NCBI GenBank assembly: GCA_040904805.1
Contig: JBBDSS010000004.1
Span: 2,481-66,480 of the forward strand
Source of the DNA: Homoserinimonas sp.
GTDB taxonomy: Bacteria; Actinomycetota; Actinomycetes; Actinomycetales; Microbacteriaceae
DNA length: 64,000 nucleotides
Direction: 5' to 3'
The notes beneath the pieces were generated by a model. That model ran no database searches, was not told the origin of the DNA, and worked only from the letters and a program-made list of their open reading frames with translations. This document shows, one piece after another, positions 9,310 through 18,789 of the stretch; the stretch's first letter is position 1, and each line of letters starts with the position of its first letter. The translations under genes and the position numbers were made by a program.

Positions 9310-9326
9310 GCTCGAACGCTTCGAGC
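9310..9326. promoter_or_regulatory. 17-bp palindrome GCTCGAA-CGC-TTCGAGC, candidate operator upstream of the HTH gene
   Basis: Perfect 7-bp arms. It lies 56 nt upstream of ATG 9382 and is followed by the -10-like TATCAT at 9337-9342. Confidence 0.3.
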
Positions 9327-9381
9327 GCAGCTCCGCTATCATCGGGAACGCTGGCCTGCACGGGCCGCGGTGGGGGGCGAT

Positions 9382-9582
9382 ATGAGCGAGCCGTGGTTGT
9401 CAGCTGACTATGTCGCCGTTCATCTTGGCGTCACCCAAGACGCCGTCTACACCTGGATCCCTGAGAAGCGCATGCCCGCCCACGAGATCGGTCGGCTCTG
9501 GAAGTTTCAGGTCAGCGAAGTCGACGAGTGGGTGCGGACCGGCGGCGCAGCCGCAAACGCGACTGATGGGGCGGGTGACTAA
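9382..9582 (+). CDS. excisionase/MerR-like helix-turn-helix DNA-binding protein (possible controller of the operon)
   Basis: 66 aa from ATG 9382. LSADYVAVHLGVTQDAVYTWIPEKRMPAHEIGRLWKFQVSEVDEWV is a typical HTH_17-type sequence. Its stop overlaps the SNF2 start. Confidence 0.7.
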   Translation: MSEPWLSADYVAVHLGVTQDAVYTWIPEKRMPAHEIGRLWKFQVSEVDEWVRTGGAAANATDGAGD

Positions 9583-12500
9583 CAGCTTGCGCATAATCAA
9601 TAACGTCACAGACTTGCTCGGAGACGATCTGAAGGGCGAAATCACCCCGGGTTCCAAGGTCCGAATCGCTGCATCGACGTTCTCAATCTTCGCGTTCGAG
9701 GCTCTCCGTAAAGAATTGGAGCAGGTCTCTGAGCTGGAGTTTATTTTCACGACGCCAGCGTTCGTAACGGAGAAGATGACGGACAAGCTCCGCAAGGAGC
9801 GGCGTGAATTCTTCATCCCAGGGGGGCACGCCGAGTCGAGCCTGTCTGGGTCGGAGTTTGAGATTAGGTTGCGTAACCAGCTCACCCAGCGCGCAGTCGC
9901 GAAAGAATGTGCCGACTGGGTACGCCGCAAGGTCACGTTCCGTTCGAACGCAACCAGCAACCCGATGCAGCAGTTCGCGGTTGTTGGCGACAGTGCTGCC
10001 TACACATCCCTGCAGGGCTTCACCACGGCTGACCTCGGATACGAGCGGGGCAATGCTGTGTCAAACATGGTGCAACGCGTTGACGAGACTCCGATGACGT
10101 CGCAGTACCTCCAGCTGTTCGACCAGATTTGGCACAATCCCGATCAGCTCGACGATGTTACTCAAACGGTCCATGACCACATTGCCAGCGTGTATGCGGA
10201 GAATGCCCCATCGCGCATTTACTTCCTGATCCTGTACAACCTGTTCGCGGAGTTTCTTGACGACATCAACGAAGATGTATTGCCGAACGATCGCACTGGC
10301 TACCAGGACACGAAGGTTTGGCAGAGCCTCTACAACTTCCAGCGCGATGCGGCGACCGGGATCATCAACAAGTTGGAGACGTATAACGGGTGCATTCTCG
10401 CCGACAGCGTCGGCCTGGGTAAAACCTTCACTGCACTGGCAGTGATCAAGTATTACGAGTTGCGCAACAAGTCGGTGCTCGTGCTTGCTCCGAAGAAGCT
10501 CTCCGAGAACTGGACAAACTACAACGCGAACCTCACGACAAACATCTTCGCCTCTGACAGGTTCAACTACGACGTCCTCGCCCACACCGATCTCTCACGC
10601 ACCCGCGGCGAGTCGCTCGGCTTGAGGCTGGATCGAATCAACTGGGGCAACTACGACTTGGTCGTCATCGATGAGTCGCACAATTTTCGCAACGCTGACT
10701 ACGCCGAGGAGAAGGAGTCTCGGTACCAGCGGCTCATGCGGCAGGTTATCCGAGAAGGTGTGAAGACCAAGGTGCTGATGCTCTCGGCGACCCCTGTAAA
10801 CAACCGCTTCAACGACCTGAAGAACCAGCTCCAGCTCGCCTACGAAGGGGAATCAGAGAACCTCGCACAGCACCTCAACCTCTCCACCACCGTAGAGAAA
10901 GTCTTCAGCGACGCGCAACGGGTCTTCAATGAGTGGTCCAAACTCGACCCTCAAGATCGCACCACCGACCGCATCCTCAAGATGCTGGACTTCGACTTCT
11001 TCGAACTACTAGACGCGGTAACGATTGCCCGCTCACGCAAGCACATCCAGGCTTTCTACGACACCACCGAGATCGGTGCCTTTCCCGAACGCCTCCCACC
11101 GCTCTCGATCCGCGAACCGCTCACTGATCTAGCGGATGCGCCCGGGTTCAACGACATTTTCGAGCAACTGCAGGAGCTCACTCTCGCGGTCTACACCCCA
11201 ATGGCATACGTCTTTCCAAGTCGGATGAGTAAGTACGAGGATCTGTACAACGTCACAACAGGCAACGCCCGCTCTAACCTTGGCCAAGCCGGACGCGAGC
11301 AAGGCCTGAAGAAACTCATGACGGTGAACCTCCTCAAACGACTGGAGAGTTCAGTCGAAGCCTTCCGCCTGACCGTAAGCAGGATCGAAGAGTCTGTGGA
11401 CCGAACCCTGCGTCGCCTTGATTCTCACGCAGGAGCTCTCACTGATCTGAGCGCCGACCTCACCGGCCTTGACTTCGATCTCGATGACGAAGACGACGCA
11501 AACATCGAGGCCATTTCGTTCGGCGAGAAGATCAAGATCGATCTCGACGACCTTGACATCGAGTCCTGGCAGCGGGACCTATGGAACGACCGCGAGACCC
11601 TGCGAGAACTGCTTGACGAGATGCGGGAGATCACTCCGGACCACGACCTGAAGCTCCAGAAAATTACACAACTCATCACAGAGAAGGTCGCACATCCGAT
11701 AAACCCCGGCAACCGCAAGGTGCTGGTCTTCTCGGCGTTTGCTGACACCGCGAACTACCTCTACCGTGAACTCGCCCCAGTGCTCACCAAAGCCGGACTG
11801 GCGACGGCCGTCATCACCGGCGGCAGCCACGGCGCCAAGGCAACTCTCGGCACCGGATTCGACTTCCAGCAGGTCATGGCCATGTTCTCGCCCAAGTCGA
11901 AGCAACGCCACCTCACCATGCCGAAAGAGACGCGTGAACTGGACGTCCTAATCGGCACTGATGTCATAAGCGAAGGACAAAACCTCCAGGACTGCGACTT
12001 TCTGATCAATTACGACATCCACTGGAACCCAGTCCGGATCATTCAGCGATTTGGGCGTATCGACCGCATCGGCTCCACCAATGCTCAGATTCAGCTGGTC
12101 AACTTCTGGCCTGACATCTCTCTCGACGAGTACATCAACCTCAAAGAGCGGGTCGAGAACCGCATGGTTATCGCTGACGTGGCGGGTACCGCCGATGACA
12201 ACGTCCTCACCCTGGAAAACTCCGATGCAGCCTTCCGCAAAGAACAGCTCCGTAAGCTCCAGGATGAGGTCATTGAGCTTGAAGACGTGCGCACCGGGGT
12301 CTCGATCACTGACCTCGGGCTCAACGACTTCCGGATGGATCTGCTCGGTTACATCAAGGACAACGGAGACCTTGCAGGCGTACCCAAGGGCCTGCACGCG
12401 GTCGTTCCTGCGGACGCTGCGAAGGGCCTGAAGCCGGGCGTGATTTTTGCACTGCGCAGCGTGAATGCAGACGATGTTCAGCTCACCGGGAAGAGCGGAA

Positions 12501-12880
12501 ACCGTGGTAACCGGCTCCACCCGCACTATCTCGTCTACCTGGACGATCAAGGTAACGTCATCGCCGACCACACCGAGGCCAAGCACCTGCTCGACCTGCT
12601 CCGCGCCGGATGCCGCCCCTACGACGAACCTACCTCCGAGGTCGTGCACGCGTTCAACGCAGCTACGCAGGAAGGTGCGCAGATGAGCACGTACTCCGGG
12701 CTGCTGACAGATGCGATTCATTCGATGATCGACGTCACAGAAGAACGCGACATCGACAGCCTCTTCACCGGAGGCCAAACCACCGCCCTTACCCAGACCA
12801 TCGCCGGCCTTGACGACTTCGAGCTGATCGCATTCGTCGCCGTTGTGGACCCCTCCACGCCAATTGAGACCAATGGTTGA
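9566..12880 (+). CDS. SNF2-family helicase/translocase with uncharacterised N- and C-terminal domains
   Basis: 1104 aa from ATG 9566. Motif I LADSVGLGKTF, motif II VVIDESHNFRN, motif III MLSATPVNN, motifs V-VI GTDVISEGQNLQDCD...HWNPVRIIQRFGRIDRIGS. The roughly 250-aa N-terminal domain has no HxK motif. Confidence 0.85.
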   Translation: MGRVTNSLRIINNVTDLLGDDLKGEITPGSKVRIAASTFSIFAFEALRKELEQVSELEFIFTTPAFVTEKMTDKLRKERREFFIPGGHAESSLSGSEFEIRLRNQLTQRAVAKECADWVRRKVTFRSNATSNPMQQFAVVGDSAAYTSLQGFTTADLGYERGNAVSNMVQRVDETPMTSQYLQLFDQIWHNPDQLDDVTQTVHDHIASVYAENAPSRIYFLILYNLFAEFLDDINEDVLPNDRTGYQDTKVWQSLYNFQRDAATGIINKLETYNGCILADSVGLGKTFTALAVIKYYELRNKSVLVLAPKKLSENWTNYNANLTTNIFASDRFNYDVLAHTDLSRTRGESLGLRLDRINWGNYDLVVIDESHNFRNADYAEEKESRYQRLMRQVIREGVKTKVLMLSATPVNNRFNDLKNQLQLAYEGESENLAQHLNLSTTVEKVFSDAQRVFNEWSKLDPQDRTTDRILKMLDFDFFELLDAVTIARSRKHIQAFYDTTEIGAFPERLPPLSIREPLTDLADAPGFNDIFEQLQELTLAVYTPMAYVFPSRMSKYEDLYNVTTGNARSNLGQAGREQGLKKLMTVNLLKRLESSVEAFRLTVSRIEESVDRTLRRLDSHAGALTDLSADLTGLDFDLDDEDDANIEAISFGEKIKIDLDDLDIESWQRDLWNDRETLRELLDEMREITPDHDLKLQKITQLITEKVAHPINPGNRKVLVFSAFADTANYLYRELAPVLTKAGLATAVITGGSHGAKATLGTGFDFQQVMAMFSPKSKQRHLTMPKETRELDVLIGTDVISEGQNLQDCDFLINYDIHWNPVRIIQRFGRIDRIGSTNAQIQLVNFWPDISLDEYINLKERVENRMVIADVAGTADDNVLTLENSDAAFRKEQLRKLQDEVIELEDVRTGVSITDLGLNDFRMDLLGYIKDNGDLAGVPKGLHAVVPADAAKGLKPGVIFALRSVNADDVQLTGKSGNRGNRLHPHYLVYLDDQGNVIADHTEAKHLLDLLRAGCRPYDEPTSEVVHAFNAATQEGAQMSTYSGLLTDAIHSMIDVTEERDIDSLFTGGQTTALTQTIAGLDDFELIAFVAVVDPSTPIETNG

Positions 12881-13538
12881 TCTGCTGTACAAGTGGCCCG
12901 TCGCAGCGAAGTTCGGCAGCCGTGTGCCCAAGGAGAAGTTCTACGAGTACGGCAATGTCAGCACGACTGTGCGTGAGAAGTTTGTGTCCGATGTCCTGCG
13001 CATTACCTGGGCCTACAAGCTTGCCGAATCCACCATCAACCTCGCCGGCAGCACGAGCGTGCCTGAGATCCAGATCTTTCATATCGACGCCAAGGCCGGC
13101 GATGTCGCCGATCAGGTGCTGTCTGCGATCGACAAGGCCATCCAGTACCCGATCATCTTCGAGATCACGCGAGTAACGGTTGGCGAACCCCAAGTCCGGA
13201 TGGTCGCAGCACACAAGCACCTCAGCTCGGGCACCTCGAAACTCAGTGCCTACTACTCGACCGGATGGCTCCCTGCTGACGCAGAACGGCAATCGCTCCC
13301 TACGGCAATCAGCCTGCCCACCCTCTACGCGGCGATCATGGAGCCGTTGACGCCGCTGACGGTACGGCCCGGTGAGGAGATGTCAGAGGTCGCCGACAGA
13401 CTGGCAACCGTGCGGAAACTCGAACGCGAGATCACTTCTTTGGAGCGCAGGCTCCGTACCGAGCCGCAGCTCAACCGCAAGATCGAGCTGCGCCGCACCC
13501 TCAAATTTAGACAACAAGAACTCGAAGAGCAGAGGTAA
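12873..13538 (+). CDS. DUF4391-like protein
   Basis: 221 aa from ATG 12873, which overlaps the SNF2 stop (ATGGTTGA). VPKEKFY...ITWAYKLAESTINL...EIQIFHID...AIDKAIQYPIIFEI matches my recollection of the DUF4391 consensus, as does its usual SNF2/methylase neighbourhood. Coiled-coil C-terminus. Confidence 0.65.
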   Translation: MVDLLYKWPVAAKFGSRVPKEKFYEYGNVSTTVREKFVSDVLRITWAYKLAESTINLAGSTSVPEIQIFHIDAKAGDVADQVLSAIDKAIQYPIIFEITRVTVGEPQVRMVAAHKHLSSGTSKLSAYYSTGWLPADAERQSLPTAISLPTLYAAIMEPLTPLTVRPGEEMSEVADRLATVRKLEREITSLERRLRTEPQLNRKIELRRTLKFRQQELEEQR

Positions 13539-13541
13539 CCC

Positions 13542-15416
13542 GTGGAGAAACTACGAATGACGTCGCCAGACCTGACCGACGCCAACATCGACAAGCTCGC
13601 GGACCTGTTCCCAACCGTCGTCACTGAGTCCGTCGACGTTGACGGCAACGTTAAGAAATCCATCGACTTTGACCTGCTCCGCCAAGAGCTCTCCGACCAC
13701 GTCGTCGAAGGGCCGCAGGAGCACTACCAACTCGACTGGCCTGGAAAGCGCGCCGCAGCATTTGCCGCGAACGCTCCGATCGCGAAGACGCTTCGTCCTG
13801 TGCGCGAGGAATCCGTCGACTTCGACATCACCCAGAACCTCTTCATTGAAGGTGACAATCTCGACGTACTCAAGCTCCTCCAGGAGTCTTACCTCGGCAA
13901 GGTGAAACTCATTTTTATCGACCCGCCGTATAACACCGGTTCTGACAGATTCGTATACGAAGATGACTTCGCCGAAGAAGCCGAAGAGTATTTGCGGCGT
14001 TCTGGCCAAATCAACGATCTTGGCGAGCGCGTGCGCTCGAACATCGAGTCGAGCGGTCGATTCCATTCCGACTGGCTAAGCATGATGTACCCACGTCTTA
14101 AGCTTGCGCGAAACCTGCTCGCCCAAAACGGTGTGGTCTTCGTTTCCATCGGTGACGCAGAGGCGGCTTCGCTGAAGCATCTGCTTGACGAGATCATGGG
14201 GGCGAACAACTTCGTCGCGACAGTTGTGTGGCAGAAGGTGTACTCACCGATGAACAGCGCAACACAGTTCGCCTCGGTTCACGACTACATCCATGTCTAC
14301 GCGCGCAACGCGGCAGACTGGACCTCCAATCTGCTTCCGAGGACTGAAGCCCAGGACGCGGCCTACAAGAATTTGGATAGTGACCCGCGCGGTCGATGGA
14401 AGGCGGTTGATGCGACTGCAGCTGCCGGTCACGCCACCCAGAGCCAGTTCTATGAGCTGGCGACGCCAGCGGGAAATCGCTTCACGCCGCCACCTGGTCG
14501 CGCGTGGCTCTATACCGAGCCGCGATTTCAGGAGATGCTCGCAGACGATCGTGTGTGGTTCGGCTCCGACGGCAACGGTAGACCGGCGATTAAGCGATTC
14601 CTGACCGAAGTCAAGCAGGGCCGTGTCGCGCAGACGTTTTGGCCTTACACCGAGGTGGGGCACACGCAGGACGCCAAGAAGGAGTTGCTCGCTCGGGTAG
14701 CTTTCTCTGACGGCGACACAGTCTTCGATACACCGAAACCGACGCAACTCATACGTCGGATGCTCGCGCTCGCTACGTCAACGTCATCCGCGGACGTCGT
14801 TTTGGACTTTTTTGGGGGCTCCGGCACGACGGCTGACGCAGTGCTCCAGCAGAACGCTGAGGACGGAGGCACCCGGCGATTCATCTTGGTGCAACTCCCG
14901 GACGGCGGCGACGACCGAAAGAAAGGCATCCCTGACGTGGCCCGCGAGCGCATCCGGAGTGCCGGACGCGCGGTCTCGGAGGCTGCCGGACTCACGGGGC
15001 ACGGACTCGACGTCGGATTTCGTGCGCTGAGAGTCGACTCGTCCAACATGGTCGACGTCTTACGAACACCTGACGATACAGCCCAGCTTGTGCTCGACGA
15101 ACTTGAGGGCAGCGTAAAAGCAGATCGCACGCACGAAGACCTGCTGTTCCAGGTACTTCTTGACTGGGGCCTCGAACTGACAATGTCGATCTGTGTCGAA
15201 CAAGTACACGAAAACGCAGTGTACGTGATCGAGGACGGTGCGCTGATCGCCTGTTTCGATGACTTAGTTTCAGCCGAGGCCGTGCTCGACATCGCAAAAC
15301 GTCAGCCAATCCGGGCAGTATTTCGCGATTCTGGCTTCGAGTCGGACGCCGCGCGTATCAACACCGAGCAGATCTTCCGCGAAGTGTCTCCCGCCACCGA
15401 CGTTAAGGCGATCTGA
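13542..15416 (+). CDS. type III-like DNA methyltransferase (Mod), beta-class N6A/N4C
   Basis: 624 aa. Motif IV FIDPPYNTGS lies N-terminal to motif I VLDFFGGSGTTADAV. GTG 13542 or in-frame ATG 13557 could be the start. Confidence 0.9.
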   Translation: MEKLRMTSPDLTDANIDKLADLFPTVVTESVDVDGNVKKSIDFDLLRQELSDHVVEGPQEHYQLDWPGKRAAAFAANAPIAKTLRPVREESVDFDITQNLFIEGDNLDVLKLLQESYLGKVKLIFIDPPYNTGSDRFVYEDDFAEEAEEYLRRSGQINDLGERVRSNIESSGRFHSDWLSMMYPRLKLARNLLAQNGVVFVSIGDAEAASLKHLLDEIMGANNFVATVVWQKVYSPMNSATQFASVHDYIHVYARNAADWTSNLLPRTEAQDAAYKNLDSDPRGRWKAVDATAAAGHATQSQFYELATPAGNRFTPPPGRAWLYTEPRFQEMLADDRVWFGSDGNGRPAIKRFLTEVKQGRVAQTFWPYTEVGHTQDAKKELLARVAFSDGDTVFDTPKPTQLIRRMLALATSTSSADVVLDFFGGSGTTADAVLQQNAEDGGTRRFILVQLPDGGDDRKKGIPDVARERIRSAGRAVSEAAGLTGHGLDVGFRALRVDSSNMVDVLRTPDDTAQLVLDELEGSVKADRTHEDLLFQVLLDWGLELTMSICVEQVHENAVYVIEDGALIACFDDLVSAEAVLDIAKRQPIRAVFRDSGFESDAARINTEQIFREVSPATDVKAI

Positions 15417-15421
15417 GCGGG

Positions 15422-18400
15422 ATGAAGCTTCAGTTCAAGGTTCAGCAATATCAGACTGACGCAGTTGATTCAGTGGTTCACGTTTTCGCGGGTCAACCGA
15501 AACGCGACGGTATCTCGTACCTGATCGACCCAGGCAAGGCCAAGCCCGCTGCCAACCCGACGCTGTTCGAGACCAACGAGGCTCCTGACTCTGGTCTGCG
15601 GAACTCAGAGATCGTACTTTCAGCCGATCGACTCCTGGAGAACGTCCACAAGGTTCAGCGGTCTCGCAACCTACCTCTCTCGACGAAGCTCATCGACAGC
15701 AAGGCGGCCCCCGGCGCCCCGAACCTTGACATCGAGATGGAGACGGGGACGGGCAAGACATACGTTTACATCAAGACGATCTTGGAGCTGCACAAGCGAT
15801 ACGGCTGGTCGAAGTACATCATTGTTGTGCCTTCAGTTGCGATCCGTGAGGGCATCAAGAAATCTCTAGATGTGACCGCGGAACACTTTCAGCAACACTA
15901 TGGAACGAAGCCACGGTCGTTCATCTACAACTCTTCCCAACTGCACGAGATCGAGCGTTTCAGCTCCGATGCCGGGGTGCAGGTGATGATTATCAACATC
16001 CAGGCATTCAACGCGACTGGCAAAGATAACCGTCGCATCTACGACGTACTCGATGACTTCCAGTCGCGACGTCCGATCGACGTGATCGCGGCGAACCGAC
16101 CTATCGTGATCATTGACGAGCCGCAGAAGATTGGTGCTGCGAAGTCCCTCGACGCGCTTTCGCGTTTCCACGGCCTTATGATGTTGCGCTACTCGGCCAC
16201 CCACAAAGTCGAGCACACAAAGGTGCACCGCCTCGATGCCTTGGACGCATACAACCAGAGGCTAGTCAAGAAAATTGCGGTGCGAGGTATCACGGTCAAA
16301 GGCCTGGCCGGATCCACCGCATACCTGTACCTAGACGCGATCGAGATTGCCAAGGGTGCGAAGCCGCGTGCTCGGATTGAGATTGAAGTGCAGACCCAGA
16401 CTGGCATCAAACGTCAGGTCAAGCGTCTCGACGTCGGTGCGAACCTGCACGACGTATCGAACGGCATTGAGGCTTATAAGGGCTTGTTCATCACCGAGAT
16501 CGACGCGAACCGTGACGTGATCGAGTTGAGTAACGGTGACGTCGTCATCGCCGGGCAGCTCGCCGACCGCGACGCCACGGAGGAGACGAAGCGGCGCATC
16601 CAAATTCGCGAAGTCATTCGCGCCCACCTGGATAAGGAGCGTGCGCTGTTCAGCCAGGGCATCAAGGTACTCTCGCTGTTCTTCATTGACGAGGTCGCCA
16701 AATACCGTGACTACGGCCGCGAAGACACCCTCGGCGACTACGCCCGCATGTTCGAGGAGGAGTTTGCCGCGATCCGCGACGAGGTACTCGGCGAGCTGGC
16801 GATCGATGACTTGACCGGGGAGTTCCAGCAGTACTTGCGGCGCGATGAGGTCCGACGGGTACACGAGGGATACTTCTCGATCGACAAGAAATCCAAGCAC
16901 CAAGTCGACGGCAATGTCTCCGGCCGTGGCGACGACAAGGGCCAGTCGAACGACATCGATGCGTACGACCTGATCTTGAAGGACAAAGAGCGACTGCTCT
17001 CGTTCACAGAGCCAGTCCGGTTCATCTTCTCTCACTCCGCGCTGCGCGAGGGCTGGGACAATCCCAACGTGTTCGTCATGGGCATGCTCAAGAAGAGCGA
17101 CAACACTATCTCCCGGCGGCAAGAGATCGGTCGCGGCCTGCGCCTCGCCGTCGACCAGCACGGCATACGCATGGACAACCCTGCCACTGTGCATGACATC
17201 AACGAGCTGACGGTGGTCACCGACGAGTCGTACACCGACTTTGTTGCCGGACTTCAGAAGGAGATTTCGGAGTCCTTAGCTGCCCGACCGCGCAAGGCGA
17301 CCCCCGAGTACTTCGTCGGCAAGACTGTTGAGGATGTTCCAACCGGAACCCTTCACACGATCACGCTAGACGAGGCAAAACAACTCCAGCACTGGCTGAC
17401 GATTAATGCCTTTATCGACTACGAGCACCACCTCACTGACAAGTGGCTCGGTCGGGACGAATTGCCTGAGATGCCCGAGCTGCCGGCCTCGCTGCAGCCG
17501 TACTTTTACCAGGTTGCCGAACTAGTTGACGCTCTACACGTCGCGGCGCCGGAGATCACTGACGACCGCAAGCCGAAGAGGATCCCGCTCAACGAGGCGA
17601 ACTTCGCCAAGAAGGAGTTCCAAGCGCTCTGGGGTCGGATCAACCACAAGGCGGTCTACCAAGTCGAGTTCGACTCGGCCGAACTGATCCACAAATCCGT
17701 CGCCCACCTCGACAAACACCTGAACGTCGCCGCGATGCAGTACGTCGTTCAGGCGGGGCAACAGCGCGACCGGCTTGAGGCTGATGACATGGCGAGTGGC
17801 TCCGGATTCGCTGTGTCGACTACGCAAACTCACGCCGAGACCGTGAGCGCTGGCTCTCAGGTGAAGTACGACCTGCTGGGCGAGATTGCTGAGAAGACTC
17901 AGCTGACCCGTCGTACGGTCGCCGCGATCCTGCGAGGGGTGGCGCCGGGCACGTTCGGGAAGTTCCGGCTCAATCCGGAGCAGTTCATCACCGAGGCGGC
18001 GCGATTGATGAACGAGCAGAAAGCGACCGTAATCGTCGAGCACCTCACCTACGACACACTGGAGGATCGGTTCGACTCGGCGATCTTCACCGAGAATCAA
18101 ACCGCGCAGGACTTCAGCAAAGCTGGTGACAAACTCAAAAAACACGTCTATGACTTCGTGGTGACGGATTCGAAGATTGAGCGAGCGTTCGTCACGGAGC
18201 TGGACACCAGTACCGAGGTCGCTGTCTACGCGAAGCTTCCACGCGGGTTCTTCATCCCGACCCCTGTCGGTGATTACAATCCCGACTGGGCGATCGCGTT
18301 CACAGAAGGCAGCGTCAAGCACGTCTACTTCGTCGCTGAAACCAAGGGCTCACTTTCGACCCTTCAGCTCAAGGGTATGGAAGACGCCAAGATCGAGTGC

Positions 18401-18502
18401 GCCCGCAAATTCTTTGCTTCGCTGAGTGAGAAGAACGGTCAGGATGTCACCTACGATGTTGTCACCGGCTACACCGAGCTAATGCAGCTCGTCACCGCTT
18501 AG
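15422..18502 (+). CDS. type III restriction enzyme Res subunit (helicase plus PD-(D/E)xK nuclease)
   Basis: 1026 aa. Helicase motifs METGTGKTYVY, VIIDEPQK, RYSATH and LREGWDNPNVF. C-terminal nuclease-like NPDWAIAF...YFVAETKGS. Confidence 0.9.
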   Translation: MKLQFKVQQYQTDAVDSVVHVFAGQPKRDGISYLIDPGKAKPAANPTLFETNEAPDSGLRNSEIVLSADRLLENVHKVQRSRNLPLSTKLIDSKAAPGAPNLDIEMETGTGKTYVYIKTILELHKRYGWSKYIIVVPSVAIREGIKKSLDVTAEHFQQHYGTKPRSFIYNSSQLHEIERFSSDAGVQVMIINIQAFNATGKDNRRIYDVLDDFQSRRPIDVIAANRPIVIIDEPQKIGAAKSLDALSRFHGLMMLRYSATHKVEHTKVHRLDALDAYNQRLVKKIAVRGITVKGLAGSTAYLYLDAIEIAKGAKPRARIEIEVQTQTGIKRQVKRLDVGANLHDVSNGIEAYKGLFITEIDANRDVIELSNGDVVIAGQLADRDATEETKRRIQIREVIRAHLDKERALFSQGIKVLSLFFIDEVAKYRDYGREDTLGDYARMFEEEFAAIRDEVLGELAIDDLTGEFQQYLRRDEVRRVHEGYFSIDKKSKHQVDGNVSGRGDDKGQSNDIDAYDLILKDKERLLSFTEPVRFIFSHSALREGWDNPNVFVMGMLKKSDNTISRRQEIGRGLRLAVDQHGIRMDNPATVHDINELTVVTDESYTDFVAGLQKEISESLAARPRKATPEYFVGKTVEDVPTGTLHTITLDEAKQLQHWLTINAFIDYEHHLTDKWLGRDELPEMPELPASLQPYFYQVAELVDALHVAAPEITDDRKPKRIPLNEANFAKKEFQALWGRINHKAVYQVEFDSAELIHKSVAHLDKHLNVAAMQYVVQAGQQRDRLEADDMASGSGFAVSTTQTHAETVSAGSQVKYDLLGEIAEKTQLTRRTVAAILRGVAPGTFGKFRLNPEQFITEAARLMNEQKATVIVEHLTYDTLEDRFDSAIFTENQTAQDFSKAGDKLKKHVYDFVVTDSKIERAFVTELDTSTEVAVYAKLPRGFFIPTPVGDYNPDWAIAFTEGSVKHVYFVAETKGSLSTLQLKGMEDAKIECARKFFASLSEKNGQDVTYDVVTGYTELMQLVTA

Positions 18503-18789
18503 GTTGACACCTGGTGCTCTTTCGTAGCTAGGTTCAACTGGCTTCGACGATCCATTCGCGTCGCTTGGTCGTTGACCGGACTGCCACCACCGACCTGTTC
18601 CAAGATGTCGCTGCTCCCGCACACCGGCGGGGCTGCTTGAGATTTTGAATGGCGACCGGATGAGGCGTGACGAGCCGCGGGCCTCAACAACTATATGGAA
18701 GGGCATTACACCGTCATCAACATGGTGCTAATGCGCCCTTGGAAGTTCCGACTGGTCCTATGCTTTCAGCAAGTAGACCTGGAGGCAGC

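Noticed and set aside
9382-18502. Classifying the five-gene operon as DISARM or BREX
   Set aside because: SNF2 plus methyltransferase resembles DISARM class 1 or BREX logic. However, no DUF1998/DrmB, DrmA-type helicase, PLD (HxK) nuclease, PglZ phosphatase, BrxC ATPase or Lon-like protease is present. The Mod/Res pair has ordinary type III motifs.
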